A stretch of 12,056 nucleotides of DNA from an uncultured Anaerolineaceae bacterium (GCA_964552425.1 CAZKIB010000128.1:1-12056); one strand, 5' to 3'; shown: positions 1 through 7,641, counted from the stretch's first letter. Translations and numbers: made by a program. Notes: a model not told the origin generated them from the letters alone.

Positions 1-1089
1 CGTTACGGTGTGATACAGGCCGAACAACGTCCATACCGCCAGCAGCGCCAGGGCGAGGATGCGGCGGCGTTCGGCCAGGGTCGCCAGTCCCAAACCGAGC
101 AGTAAGGCCAGCAGCGGCCACAGCGGCATCAGATAGCGCGTGCGGTTGGGCGTGATAATGGCGGTAATCTCATTCAGGATGATCGTCAGAACCAGCATGA
201 TGAACAGCAGGAAGATCACCATACCGGCCTGTCGCAGCCTGTGCATCCACAATAAAGCAGCCGTTAGCGCCAGCAGGCCCACCAGCAGACCGACCTGCCC
301 GCTGCTGAACCAGTACGCCAGCGCCTGCACAACACCGGCTGCATCCAGCGCGATGTCTTCCCGGCTGCCGTAACGCGCGCCGCCAAGAATCACACTCAGC
401 CAGGGCAGAAACAACAGGCCCGCGGCCCCCAGTGTCGCGCTGATCGCCAGCCAGCGGCGGTTCTTTGGCGCGAACAGCAGGTGATACAGGCCAAGCGCAC
501 CCAACGGCACAAACCCGATCACATGGGTGTAGATCAGACTCAACGCTCCCAGAAACAGCGCCGGCCACAACCACAGCGCCGGGCGAATCAACACCCGCCG
601 GTAGACCCACACCGTAAAGATGGTCAGCAGGGCCACCAGCGTATACATGCGGATTTCGTGCGTGAAGTGGATAAAAAACGGGCTCACACCCAGGACTGTG
701 CCCGCGTATAAACCGGCGCGTGGGGAGAACCAGTCCCGCCCGGCCCGGTAAGTCCAGGCGGCGGCCAGCATTCCAAACCCCAGTGACAGCGCCCGCAGCG
801 CCAGCGGCGACCAGCCCACCAGCGCGGCCCATCCGCTGAGAACAAAAAAGTAACCCGGTGTGTGCTGCGGGCTGTTGACCTGCACCGATTCCCAGACCTG
901 CGCCGGGTTGAACGGCACACGATAAACCGCGCCGATATTGCCCACCGAATACAATTCGTCAATCCACAGGGGTGCGTCCGCCAGTTGGAGAATGCTCACT
1001 GCCGCCAGCAGCAGCAGTACCGGAATCAGCCACCACCATAAACGGCTGCGATCTGGGGTTGTTGGAATCGGCGGCACAGTGGCATTCAT
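1..1089 (-). CDS. GT-C fold membrane glycosyltransferase (PMT/ArnT-like, family GT39/GT83-type), 5'-complete but 3'-truncated by the window start; paralogue of the adjacent gene
   Basis: Manual reverse-complement translation from ATG at 1089 gives MNATVPPIPTTPDRSRLWWWLIPVLLLLAAV...LWIDELYSVGNIG...SPQHTPGYFFVLSGWAALVGWSPLALRAL...FFIHFTHEIRMY...LLFAPKNRRW...RTRYLMPL, and the frame stays open to position 1. It is colinear with, and roughly 50-60% identical to, the 1118..3010 product, including the DE motif in the first periplasmic loop typical of PMT/ArnT enzymes. Missing from the ORF track only because no stop codon lies inside the window. Confidence 0.8.
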   Translation of the reverse strand, partial: MNATVPPIPTTPDRSRLWWWLIPVLLLLAAVSILQLADAPLWIDELYSVGNIGAVYRVPFNPAQVWESVQVNSPQHTPGYFFVLSGWAALVGWSPLALRALSLGFGMLAAAWTYRAGRDWFSPRAGLYAGTVLGVSPFFIHFTHEIRMYTLVALLTIFTVWVYRRVLIRPALWLWPALFLGALSLIYTHVIGFVPLGALGLYHLLFAPKNRRWLAISATLGAAGLLFLPWLSVILGGARYGSREDIALDAAGVVQALAYWFSSGQVGLLVGLLALTAALLWMHRLRQAGMVIFLLFIMLVLTIILNEITAIITPNRTRYLMPLWPLLALLLGLGLATLAERRRILALALLAVWTLFGLYHTVT

Positions 1090-1117
1090 CCTGTCTGGCA
1101 AAGATACTGAGGATACT

Positions 1118-3010
1118 TTAAGCACCGGTGATTTGTACAGTTCCAACGGGCAGCTCGTCTCCGCTGCCGCCCGTGTCATGTTCGCCGGTTAAGCGCTCCC
1201 CCGTACTCCAGTTATAGACCGCCGCCGTGAGCGTGTAGTCCCCCGCCGGAACATCCACCAGCGGCACAGGGATCAACTGCCAGCCAAAGCCGGCCGGACG
1301 CAGGCCGACATCCGCCTGGGTGACAAATTCGCCGCTGGCATCCCACAATTTGAGCGATACCGAGTAGGTGCTGGCGGGTATCTCTTCCCCAACTGACCAG
1401 CCGGCCGCGACCAGCAGGCGGCCCTGTTCCGTGTCCACGCCGGTTACGATGCCGCGCAGATCAATCCCTGCCGGGTAATGCACCAGCCGCGTCTGCGGTT
1501 CATCCACTTCCAGGCAGCCAATGACCGTCAGGTGATAACGCTCCATCACAAAGTCAGGCCGCTCAACCGGCGCAGCGCACAGCGTATAATCTTCCATCAG
1601 CACAGCGCGATAGGGCGCGAGCTGTTCCGGCGCGGTCTGCGGCTCGTATGCCAGCCACACGGTCAGCCGTGAATTAAGAGTGCGCAGCAGATCAAGCCGC
1701 ATTTCTCCGGTGGTGCGCGCTTCCGGCAGCGTGGCGAAATAGCCCTGCGGGACCAGATTCTGCGTATGAAACTGGCCGACAGTAAAAAAGCGGAAAATCT
1801 CGAAGACATGCCCCTGCCGTGAAAAACTGATGAGCAGGTCGTCCGGCTGAGCATGAGCGTTCGCTGCGGCCACAATTTCGCGCAGCGGCGGATAATCCTT
1901 CAGGTAGCGCGGGCCGTCCATCTCGGCCAGAAAATCCGCGTTCAGGGTGTTGGCGATCCCGAAACCGAGCCACACCGCCAGCAGCGCCACAGCCAACCGG
2001 CCCCAACGCAGTTTTTCCAGCATGGTCAGCCCCAGGGCCACCAGCAGCGCCAGCAGCGGCCACAGGTGAATCAGGTAGCGTGTGCGGCCCTCGCTAATCA
2101 TCGGGCGCACCTGATTAGCCGCCAGGGTCAGCACGAAGATCACGACGAGAAAGAACCAGACCTGAAGCGCGCCGCGCTCTCTGCGAAGCACAGCCAGCGC
2201 GCCCAGACCGGCCAGCAGCGCCAGTTCGATTGGGTTGCCGCTGCTGAACAGATGCAGCATTTCGGTGAAAATCGCCAGCGGCGGGAGCGGTTCTTCCCCC
2301 AACCCCACATTGCGCACGCCCTGAAGCAGCACCTGCATCCAGGGCACAAGCGACACACCGACTACCGCCAACACAATTGCCACTATCCACCAGCGGCGAT
2401 TTTTGGGCACGAACAGCAGGTGATACAGGCCGACAGCCGCCAGCACCAGCGCGCCGAACAGATGGGTATACAGCAGGAACAGTGCGCCAGTAAACAGCGC
2501 GGCCCATTCAATCCGGCGTGGTTCGCGCCGGCGACTGGCGATGCGCCCGTAAATCCACAGCACAAAGACCGTCAGAAAGGCGATCATCGTGTACATGCGG
2601 ACTTCGTGGGTGAAGTAGATGAAAAACGCGCCCAACGCCAGCGCCGCCGCCGCGTATACCCCTCCCCGCCAGCCCAGCCAGTCCGCGCCGAGGCGGTAAG
2701 TCCAGGCCACCGCCAGCAGACCGATCAGCAGCGCCAGCGCGCGCAGGCCAAAAGGAGTCCATCCGGTCAGGGCCGCCCATCCCGCGAGGATCACAAAATA
2801 ACCGGGCACATGCTGCGGGCTGTTGCTGCTGAGGGACTGCCACACCTGCACAGGGTTATAGGCTGGCCCCTGATAGCCGCCCACATTGCCGATGGAAAAG
2901 ACTTCGTCCAGCCAGAGCATGTCCATGTTCAGGCCGTACGCGCCGAACGCCATCAGCACCAGCAGGATGGGGATCAGCCAGAACCAGTGTTTATTCCGAG
3001 TGTTTGACAT
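1118..3010 (-). CDS. GT-C fold membrane glycosyltransferase (dolichyl-phosphate-mannose protein mannosyltransferase / ArnT-like) with an extra roughly 230-aa soluble C-terminal domain of unknown function
   Basis: 630-aa ORF. The N-terminal roughly 400 aa are polytopic membrane protein with an LWLDEVFSIGN (DE) loop-1 motif, SPQHVPGYF and FFIYFTHEVRMY segments typical of GT39/GT83 enzymes. The C-terminal roughly 230 aa are hydrophilic and non-membrane. The antisense 384-aa ORF is R/Q/H-rich low complexity. Confidence 0.9.
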   Translation of the reverse strand: MSNTRNKHWFWLIPILLVLMAFGAYGLNMDMLWLDEVFSIGNVGGYQGPAYNPVQVWQSLSSNSPQHVPGYFVILAGWAALTGWTPFGLRALALLIGLLAVAWTYRLGADWLGWRGGVYAAAALALGAFFIYFTHEVRMYTMIAFLTVFVLWIYGRIASRRREPRRIEWAALFTGALFLLYTHLFGALVLAAVGLYHLLFVPKNRRWWIVAIVLAVVGVSLVPWMQVLLQGVRNVGLGEEPLPPLAIFTEMLHLFSSGNPIELALLAGLGALAVLRRERGALQVWFFLVVIFVLTLAANQVRPMISEGRTRYLIHLWPLLALLVALGLTMLEKLRWGRLAVALLAVWLGFGIANTLNADFLAEMDGPRYLKDYPPLREIVAAANAHAQPDDLLISFSRQGHVFEIFRFFTVGQFHTQNLVPQGYFATLPEARTTGEMRLDLLRTLNSRLTVWLAYEPQTAPEQLAPYRAVLMEDYTLCAAPVERPDFVMERYHLTVIGCLEVDEPQTRLVHYPAGIDLRGIVTGVDTEQGRLLVAAGWSVGEEIPASTYSVSLKLWDASGEFVTQADVGLRPAGFGWQLIPVPLVDVPAGDYTLTAAVYNWSTGERLTGEHDTGGSGDELPVGTVQITGA

Positions 3011-3073
3011 GTGTCCAGACCACAGCGAAACCGCAGTCGCGCATTATGGCAGGATTTCGGCGTGTCGCAAAGG

Positions 3074-5122
3074 TCAGACATCGCGTTGATGGACCGGCGC
3101 GGCCAGCCGTTCGGCGATCAGTTCGGCCACATCCTTGACGACAGGGCCGCCGCTGCTGTGGGCCTGGGCGGTTTCAAACATCTGCATACAGAACGGACAG
3201 CCCACAGCCAGCACATCCGCGCCGGTGGCCTTCGCTTCCTCATAACGGTTGAGGTTGACGGCCTGTTCGCCGGGTTCTTCTTCTTTCCAGAACTGCGCGC
3301 CACCCGCCCCGCAGCAGAACGAATTGCGCCCGTGCCGGGGCATCTCAATCAGGGAGTCTTCCAGCCGGTTCAGGACTGTGCGCGGCGCGTCCACCACATC
3401 GTTATGCCGCCCCAGGTAGCACGGGTCATGAAACGTCACGTTGGATTGTTTACCGGGGTGCGCGCTGAGGGGCAAGCGTCCGGCCTGAATCAGTTCCTCG
3501 ATCAGTTCGGTGTGATGCACTACCGCGTACTGGCCGCCAAACTGGTGATACTCCTTGCCCAGGTTGTGGAAACAATGCGGGCAGGTCACGACGATGCGCG
3601 GCGGATTGACCGAGTTAAGGGTTTCAACATTGGCCGCCGCCATTTCGGAGTACAGAAATTCGTTCCCGGCCCGGCGGGCAGCATCCCCGGTGCAGGTTTC
3701 CTGTTCGCCCAGCACCGCAAAATTCACCCCGGCGGCGTGCAGCACTTTGACCAGTGCGCGGGCCGTGAGTTGGGCGCGCGGGTCATAACTGGCGGCACAA
3801 CCCACCCAGTAGAGAATATCAAAATCGGGATTTTCATCCACCGTTGGCACCGGCATATCCAGCCCGCTGGCCCAGCGGAAGCGCGCCCCGGCTTCCTGCT
3901 GCCAGGGGTTGCCCTGACGCTCCATACCGTTGAACGCGCCTTGCAGTGCCGCCGGGAAAGCGCCCTCCACCAGCACCTGATCGCGCCGGATGTCGAGAAT
4001 ATCAAACATCGGCTCGTTGCCTACCGGGCAAATATCGATGCAGGCCCCACAGGAGGTGCAGGCCCACACCGCCGACTCACTGATGGCGAAATTCATCAGC
4101 ACATGCAGCGATTCCTCACCGTTCGCCAGCCCGGTCATCTGGTCGCGGAGCAGATAACGCTTGTTGATTTCCAGCGCCGAGGGCGACAGTTCCTTGCCGG
4201 TGACATAGGCCGGGCAGACATCCTGACAGCGGTTGCACTGGATGCAGGCAAAGGCGTCAAAAATCTGCGTCCTGCTGAGATGTTCTATCCGCGCCGCGCC
4301 AAACTGCTCCCGGCTGTCGTCTTCAAAATCCAGCGGTTCCAGTTCACCAAGCGAAGTGCGCGGTGGGCGCGTCAGGTAATTGAGCGGGGCCATAAACAGA
4401 TGGGCGTGTTTGCTCACAGCAAAGTACGGCAAAAAGATCAGGATGCCGCCCAGCGCCACCCACCAGAACACATGAATCAGCAGGGTCAGGCCGTCGGCAT
4501 TCAGCCCGGCGAACAGCGGCGAGAGCAGCGTGGCGAACGGCTGCAACAAATCCGGCCCGGTCCCGGCCACCCGCGCGGACTGGCCCAGAAAACGCGCCCC
4601 CACATGCACCAGAATGAACCCGGCGACGATCAGCGAATCCTGACCGACTGCGCCGGCTTTGACCTTCGGGTGCAGCAGCACCTTCTCATGAAACTGAAGC
4701 TGTTTGCGGTTGGGCAAGAACCAGCGCCGCAGGATGAAATAAGTCACGCCTACCAGCACGACCACGCTCAACACATCGGCGGTCAGGCGATAAAGTTCAA
4801 ACAGGATGCCGCTGTCTTCCAGAAACACATAACCGGGGAAGAAGCCTTCCAGCACGTCGCCAAAGTTGACCAGAAAATAGAATGTGAAGCCCCACACCAC
4901 GCCGAGATGAAACAGGCTGGTGAGACGGCGTGTTTTGAGCGTCGTGCGCTGCGTCAGGTAAATCACCAGCGCGTCCCAAGCCCGCCGGGGCAGGTTATCC
5001 AGGTAGAGCTGGCCCTCGCCCCGGTTGATAATGCGGTACATGTCGGCAAATCCAGCCAGCGCCGCCGCCCCCGCCAGCGCCGCCAGCAGCACAAACAACA
5101 TTTGTTCAACCGGAGTCAGCAT
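3074..5122 (-). CDS. Membrane-bound iron-sulfur reductase: fusion of a NarI/HdrE/DsrM-like cytochrome b membrane domain with an HdrD/DsrK-like catalytic domain (two 4Fe-4S ferredoxin motifs plus two CCG domains); Rv0338c-like architecture
   Basis: N-terminal roughly 250 aa hold several TM helices with conserved His (HLGVVWGF, HVGARF, HVFWW, HAHLF). Two ferredoxin motifs follow (CIQCNRCQDVCP, CTSCGACIDICP), then two cysteine-rich CCG-type domains (CTGD...CPHC; CYLG...FCCGAGG...CPFC). The start is ambiguous: ATG at 5122 (MLTPVEQM, preferred) or TTG at 5137 as in the ORF track. The 716-aa plus-strand ORF is antisense to it. Confidence 0.88.
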   Translation of the reverse strand: MLTPVEQMLFVLLAALAGAAALAGFADMYRIINRGEGQLYLDNLPRRAWDALVIYLTQRTTLKTRRLTSLFHLGVVWGFTFYFLVNFGDVLEGFFPGYVFLEDSGILFELYRLTADVLSVVVLVGVTYFILRRWFLPNRKQLQFHEKVLLHPKVKAGAVGQDSLIVAGFILVHVGARFLGQSARVAGTGPDLLQPFATLLSPLFAGLNADGLTLLIHVFWWVALGGILIFLPYFAVSKHAHLFMAPLNYLTRPPRTSLGELEPLDFEDDSREQFGAARIEHLSRTQIFDAFACIQCNRCQDVCPAYVTGKELSPSALEINKRYLLRDQMTGLANGEESLHVLMNFAISESAVWACTSCGACIDICPVGNEPMFDILDIRRDQVLVEGAFPAALQGAFNGMERQGNPWQQEAGARFRWASGLDMPVPTVDENPDFDILYWVGCAASYDPRAQLTARALVKVLHAAGVNFAVLGEQETCTGDAARRAGNEFLYSEMAAANVETLNSVNPPRIVVTCPHCFHNLGKEYHQFGGQYAVVHHTELIEELIQAGRLPLSAHPGKQSNVTFHDPCYLGRHNDVVDAPRTVLNRLEDSLIEMPRHGRNSFCCGAGGAQFWKEEEPGEQAVNLNRYEEAKATGADVLAVGCPFCMQMFETAQAHSSGGPVVKDVAELIAERLAAPVHQRDV

Positions 5123-5298
5123 AAAGATTATTCCCAATACGTGGTATTCTCACTTCAATGAAGCGGAGTTTACCACCCACGCCTGAAAATGAGCAAAGCA
5201 AAGTCACGTTTGTATCAGGTAAGAAATTCCCGTTTCAAAGCTTCTTGATGTTAACGCTTGTGCAAAAAGACACGATCACCCCGACTGGAGTATATCGG

Positions 5299-5922
5299 AT
5301 GGCAATTGATTTCAAGCCTGTCAGCGAAGGTAAGATGCAGTTGTTGGAGTATTCGGGACGTTTTAGCGTCAACGACCTGCGGAAAGCCACCAACGACAGC
5401 ATCGACTTTTTTCTGGACCTGATTAAGGATATGGACGACGCCGACATGGTGTTCGCCCCCTACGACCCGGACGCCAACGACCCCCACGCCGCGCCCGGTG
5501 AAGAACACATCGGCTGGGGCATGGGACATCTGATCGCCCATGTCACCGCCAGCGCGGAGGAATGGGCCAGCTACAGTTCGATTCTGGCGCGGGGTGTCGC
5601 CTACCCTGCGGAACCCCGCCTGCGTTATGAAACCCCCTGGCGCGCAGTCGATACCAAATCGAAAGCCGTCCAGCGCCTTGAAGAAAGCCGCCGCATCCGC
5701 CTGGCCTATCTGGCCGCCTGGCCGGATTACCCCAACCTCGAACTCAAGCGCGAGCTTTCGCCCCGGTTTGTCGAACGACATGGTGAAATGAACGCACCGG
5801 CCTGTTTCCTGTTTGGTCTCAAGCATGAAGTCGGCCATTATGACCAGTTCCGCGAGGTCGCCCGCCAGATTCATGAGGTGAAGCAAACCGCGCCCGCGCA
5901 GACCGCTGCTGCCGCCGGTTGA
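5299..5922 (+). CDS. DinB/YfiT-family (DinB_2-like) metal-dependent protein, possible thiol-S-transferase-type enzyme
   Basis: His-containing motif HIGWGMGHLIAHVTASAEEW and overall size match the DinB/YfiT four-helix-bundle family (bacillithiol/mycothiol transferase relatives). The ORF track opens at 5158, but 5158-5298 is AT-rich (non-coding composition). ATG 5299 (MAIDFKPV...) is preceded by GGAG nine nt upstream and gives a family-typical roughly 207-aa product. Start therefore uncertain among 5158, 5248 and 5299. Confidence 0.75.
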   Translation: MAIDFKPVSEGKMQLLEYSGRFSVNDLRKATNDSIDFFLDLIKDMDDADMVFAPYDPDANDPHAAPGEEHIGWGMGHLIAHVTASAEEWASYSSILARGVAYPAEPRLRYETPWRAVDTKSKAVQRLEESRRIRLAYLAAWPDYPNLELKRELSPRFVERHGEMNAPACFLFGLKHEVGHYDQFREVARQIHEVKQTAPAQTAAAAG

Positions 5923-5953
5923 CGGCCTGATGTCCTCAGCCAGGACTCAATCA

Positions 5954-5986
5954 GGTGTATCGTATCAGTGTGCGGTACACCTTTTT
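5954..5986 (+). terminator. Probable intrinsic terminator downstream of the DinB-family gene
   Basis: Roughly 12-13 bp imperfect stem ggtgtatcgtat/gtgcggtacacc (three G-U pairs, 4-nt loop cagt) followed directly by TTTTT at 5982-5986, 32 nt after the TGA stop at 5920-5922. Confidence 0.5.
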
Positions 5987-6011
5987 GATTCCGCCAATTT
6001 CCCCAGACCTA

Positions 6012-6040
6012 TTGCAATCTTCCGGCACGTCTTCTATACT
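6012..6040 (+). promoter_or_regulatory. Sigma70-like promoter for the hisS leader transcript
   Basis: TTGCAA at 6012-6017, a 17-nt spacer, then TATACT at 6035-6040. This is a near-consensus -35/-10 pair with ideal spacing, in an AT-richer intergenic region just upstream of the His-codon leader ORF. Confidence 0.45.
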
Positions 6041-6076
6041 CAGCCTATTGCTGGTTCTGAGATTGTGGGTCAGGCT

Positions 6077-6118
6077 ATGTTTTTCCATCATCATCATTCA
6101 CAGGAAAAGTACAGCTAA
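6077..6118 (+). CDS. Putative histidine-rich leader peptide (MFFHHHHSQEKYS) of a hisS transcription attenuator
   Basis: atg ttt ttc cat cat cat cat tca cag gaa aag tac agc taa: a 13-codon ORF with four consecutive His codons. It lies between a promoter-like element and a hairpin plus T-run terminator, about 130 nt upstream of the histidyl-tRNA synthetase gene. The ORF track reports the in-frame longer version 5930..6118, which would start upstream of the predicted promoter. Confidence 0.5.
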   Translation: MFFHHHHSQEKYS

Positions 6119-6144
6119 CCGGCGACCCGATTCGAGATCACAGA

Positions 6145-6169
6145 GCGCGGACGTTGGTTCGCGCTTTTT
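6145..6169 (+). terminator. Attenuator terminator: GC-rich hairpin plus T-run in the hisS leader
   Basis: gcgcgga(c) / (g)ttcgcgc gives a 7-bp stem (6 Watson-Crick plus 1 G-U) with loop cgttgg at 6145-6164, followed by TTTTTATTT at 6165-6173. It sits 26 nt after the leader-peptide stop and about 75 nt before the hisS start codon. Confidence 0.55.
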
Positions 6170-6246
6170 ATTTGCATGAAACCTGTGCCGTTCGCGCAGG
6201 GGTGGTTTGCGAACCGCCCGGCGCTTGATTACACAAGGAATAAAAA

Positions 6247-7590
6247 ATGGCTGACGTGAAGATTCAACCCCGCTTGCCCAAAGGAATGCGTGACTATCTC
6301 CCGCAGGAGATGCTCAAGCGCGAGTACGTGTTTAACATCGTGCGCGACGTGTTCCACCTGTACGGCTTCGAGCCGCTGCAAACCCCGGTGCTGGAACTGA
6401 ACGAAATCCTCATGGGCAAGTATGGCGAAGACGCCGAAAAGCTGATCTATCACGCCCAGCACCCCGGCGGTAAGGAAGAACTCGCCCTGCGCTACGATCT
6501 GACCGTGCCGCTGGCGCGTGTGGTCGGCCAGTACCAGAATGAGATCAACCTGCCGTTCAAGCGCTACCAGCTTTCACCGGTGTGGCGCGCGGAACGCCCG
6601 CAGCGAGGCCGTTACCGCGAATTTTACCAGTGTGATGTGGACATCGTGGGCATCGCCGGCATGAGCGCCGACGCGGAAATCATCGGCGTTGTGGTGACGG
6701 CGCTGAAAAAACTCGGCTTCCCGCAGTTCACGGTCAAAATCAACAACCGCAAGCTGCTGACGGCCATCGGCCAGTATTCCGGCGTGCCCGACGCGCAGTT
6801 GGGCGATCTGTACCGCAGCGTCGACAAGTTCGACAAAATCGGCGCGGACGGGGTGCGCAGGGAACTGGTCGAACGCGGCATTTCCGGTGAAGTCGTCGCC
6901 CGCATGATGGACCTGATCCTCGCGCACGAGCCGGGCCTGGGCAACTTGGATGTGCTGGAACAGGCGATGGGCAGCATCCCGGCGGCGCAGGAAGGTATCC
7001 GCGAACTGCGCGAGCTGGCGGCCTGGCTGGAAACCATGTCCATCTCGCCGGAGGATTACAGCACGGATTTTACGATGGTGCGCGGCCTGGGTTATTACAC
7101 TGGCCCGATCTTCGAGACGGTCATCGAGGAGCCGAACCTCGGCAGCATCAGCGGCGGCGGGCGCTATGACGACCTGATCGGCATGTTCCGCAAGGAAAGC
7201 CTGCCTACCACCGGCACATCGCTTGGCATTGAACGCATCATCGACCTGATGGAATTCTTCAGGCTGTACCCGGAGCATATCGTCGGCACGGTCATTCAGG
7301 TGTTTGTCAGCGTGTTTGATGAAAGCACCCGCGCCGAATCGACCCGGCTGGCGGCGGAACTGCGCGCACAGGGCATCCGCACCGAACTGCAACTGGAAGA
7401 TCGCAAACTGGGCCGCCAGTTCCAGCACGCAGACCGCCGGGGAATCCCGCTCGTGGCCGTGCTGGGGCCGGAAGAAGTGGCACAGAAAATCGTCAAACTC
7501 AAGCGCCTGTCAGATGGCGAAGAATTTGCTGTGCCGCGCAGTGACCTGGCTGCGAAGGTGCGCGAACTGCTTGGCACACAGGTCCGATAA
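6247..7590 (+). CDS. hisS: Histidine--tRNA ligase (class II histidyl-tRNA synthetase)
   Basis: 447 aa with class II aaRS motif 2 (RYREFYQCDVDIVG) and the HisRS-type motif RGLGYYTGPIFE. C-terminal anticodon-binding domain present (GIPLVAVLGPEEVAQKIVKLKRL), so this is not the truncated HisZ paralogue. RBS AAGGA eight nt upstream of the ATG. Confidence 0.93.
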   Translation: MADVKIQPRLPKGMRDYLPQEMLKREYVFNIVRDVFHLYGFEPLQTPVLELNEILMGKYGEDAEKLIYHAQHPGGKEELALRYDLTVPLARVVGQYQNEINLPFKRYQLSPVWRAERPQRGRYREFYQCDVDIVGIAGMSADAEIIGVVVTALKKLGFPQFTVKINNRKLLTAIGQYSGVPDAQLGDLYRSVDKFDKIGADGVRRELVERGISGEVVARMMDLILAHEPGLGNLDVLEQAMGSIPAAQEGIRELRELAAWLETMSISPEDYSTDFTMVRGLGYYTGPIFETVIEEPNLGSISGGGRYDDLIGMFRKESLPTTGTSLGIERIIDLMEFFRLYPEHIVGTVIQVFVSVFDESTRAESTRLAAELRAQGIRTELQLEDRKLGRQFQHADRRGIPLVAVLGPEEVAQKIVKLKRLSDGEEFAVPRSDLAAKVRELLGTQVR

Positions 7591-7641
7591 CTGGCCTATA
7601 ATCAGGCGGTATAAAGATGAATCGCACTGAAGGATCACATC

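Noticed and set aside
170-832. 220-aa and 92-aa minus-strand ORFs from the track in the first kilobase
   Set aside because: They lie in the wrong frames. The real gene here is the unlisted, edge-truncated GT paralogue in another minus-strand frame (1..1089), shown by its colinear homology to the 1118..3010 protein.
1853-3007. 384-aa plus-strand ORF antisense to the glycosyltransferase gene, plus similar antisense ORFs at 6574..7428, 5251..5886, 9076..9726 and 10240..10986
   Set aside because: Same reasoning: these products are Arg/Gln/His-rich and each is the mirror frame of a gene with clear family signatures (hisS, DinB, flotillin). Treated as high-GC frame artefacts.
3011-5161. 716-aa plus-strand ORF, longer than and completely antisense to the 687-aa FeS-reductase gene
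   Set aside because: Its product is R/Q/H/G-rich and low-complexity with no recognisable motifs, whereas the minus-strand frame has ferredoxin CxxCxxCxxxCP and CCG motifs. Long open antisense frames are expected in DNA above 60% GC because stop codons are AT-rich.
5158-5298. N-terminal 47-residue extension of the DinB-family ORF (MKRSLPPTPENEQSKVTFVSGKK...)
   Set aside because: AT-rich composition atypical of coding sequence in this genome, and DinB_2 proteins are about 160-210 aa. More likely intergenic promoter DNA.
5932-5946. Small 5-bp hairpin gtcct-cagcc-aggac right after the DinB stop codon
   Set aside because: Too short and not followed by a T-run; the longer stem at 5954-5981 with TTTTT is the more credible terminator.
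5930-6118. 62-aa ORF (MSSARTQSGVSYQC...MFFHHHHSQEKYS) as a standalone small protein
   Set aside because: Most of it lies upstream of the predicted promoter and over the DinB terminator hairpin. Only the 3' 13 codons starting at the internal ATG 6077 make sense, as a leader peptide.
7597-7602. Perfect TATAAT hexamer just after the hisS stop
   Set aside because: No convincing -35 partner at 16-18 nt (TTGGCA lies 20 nt upstream). Single hexamer matches are expected by chance several times in 12 kb, so it is kept only as a caveat to the operon inference.
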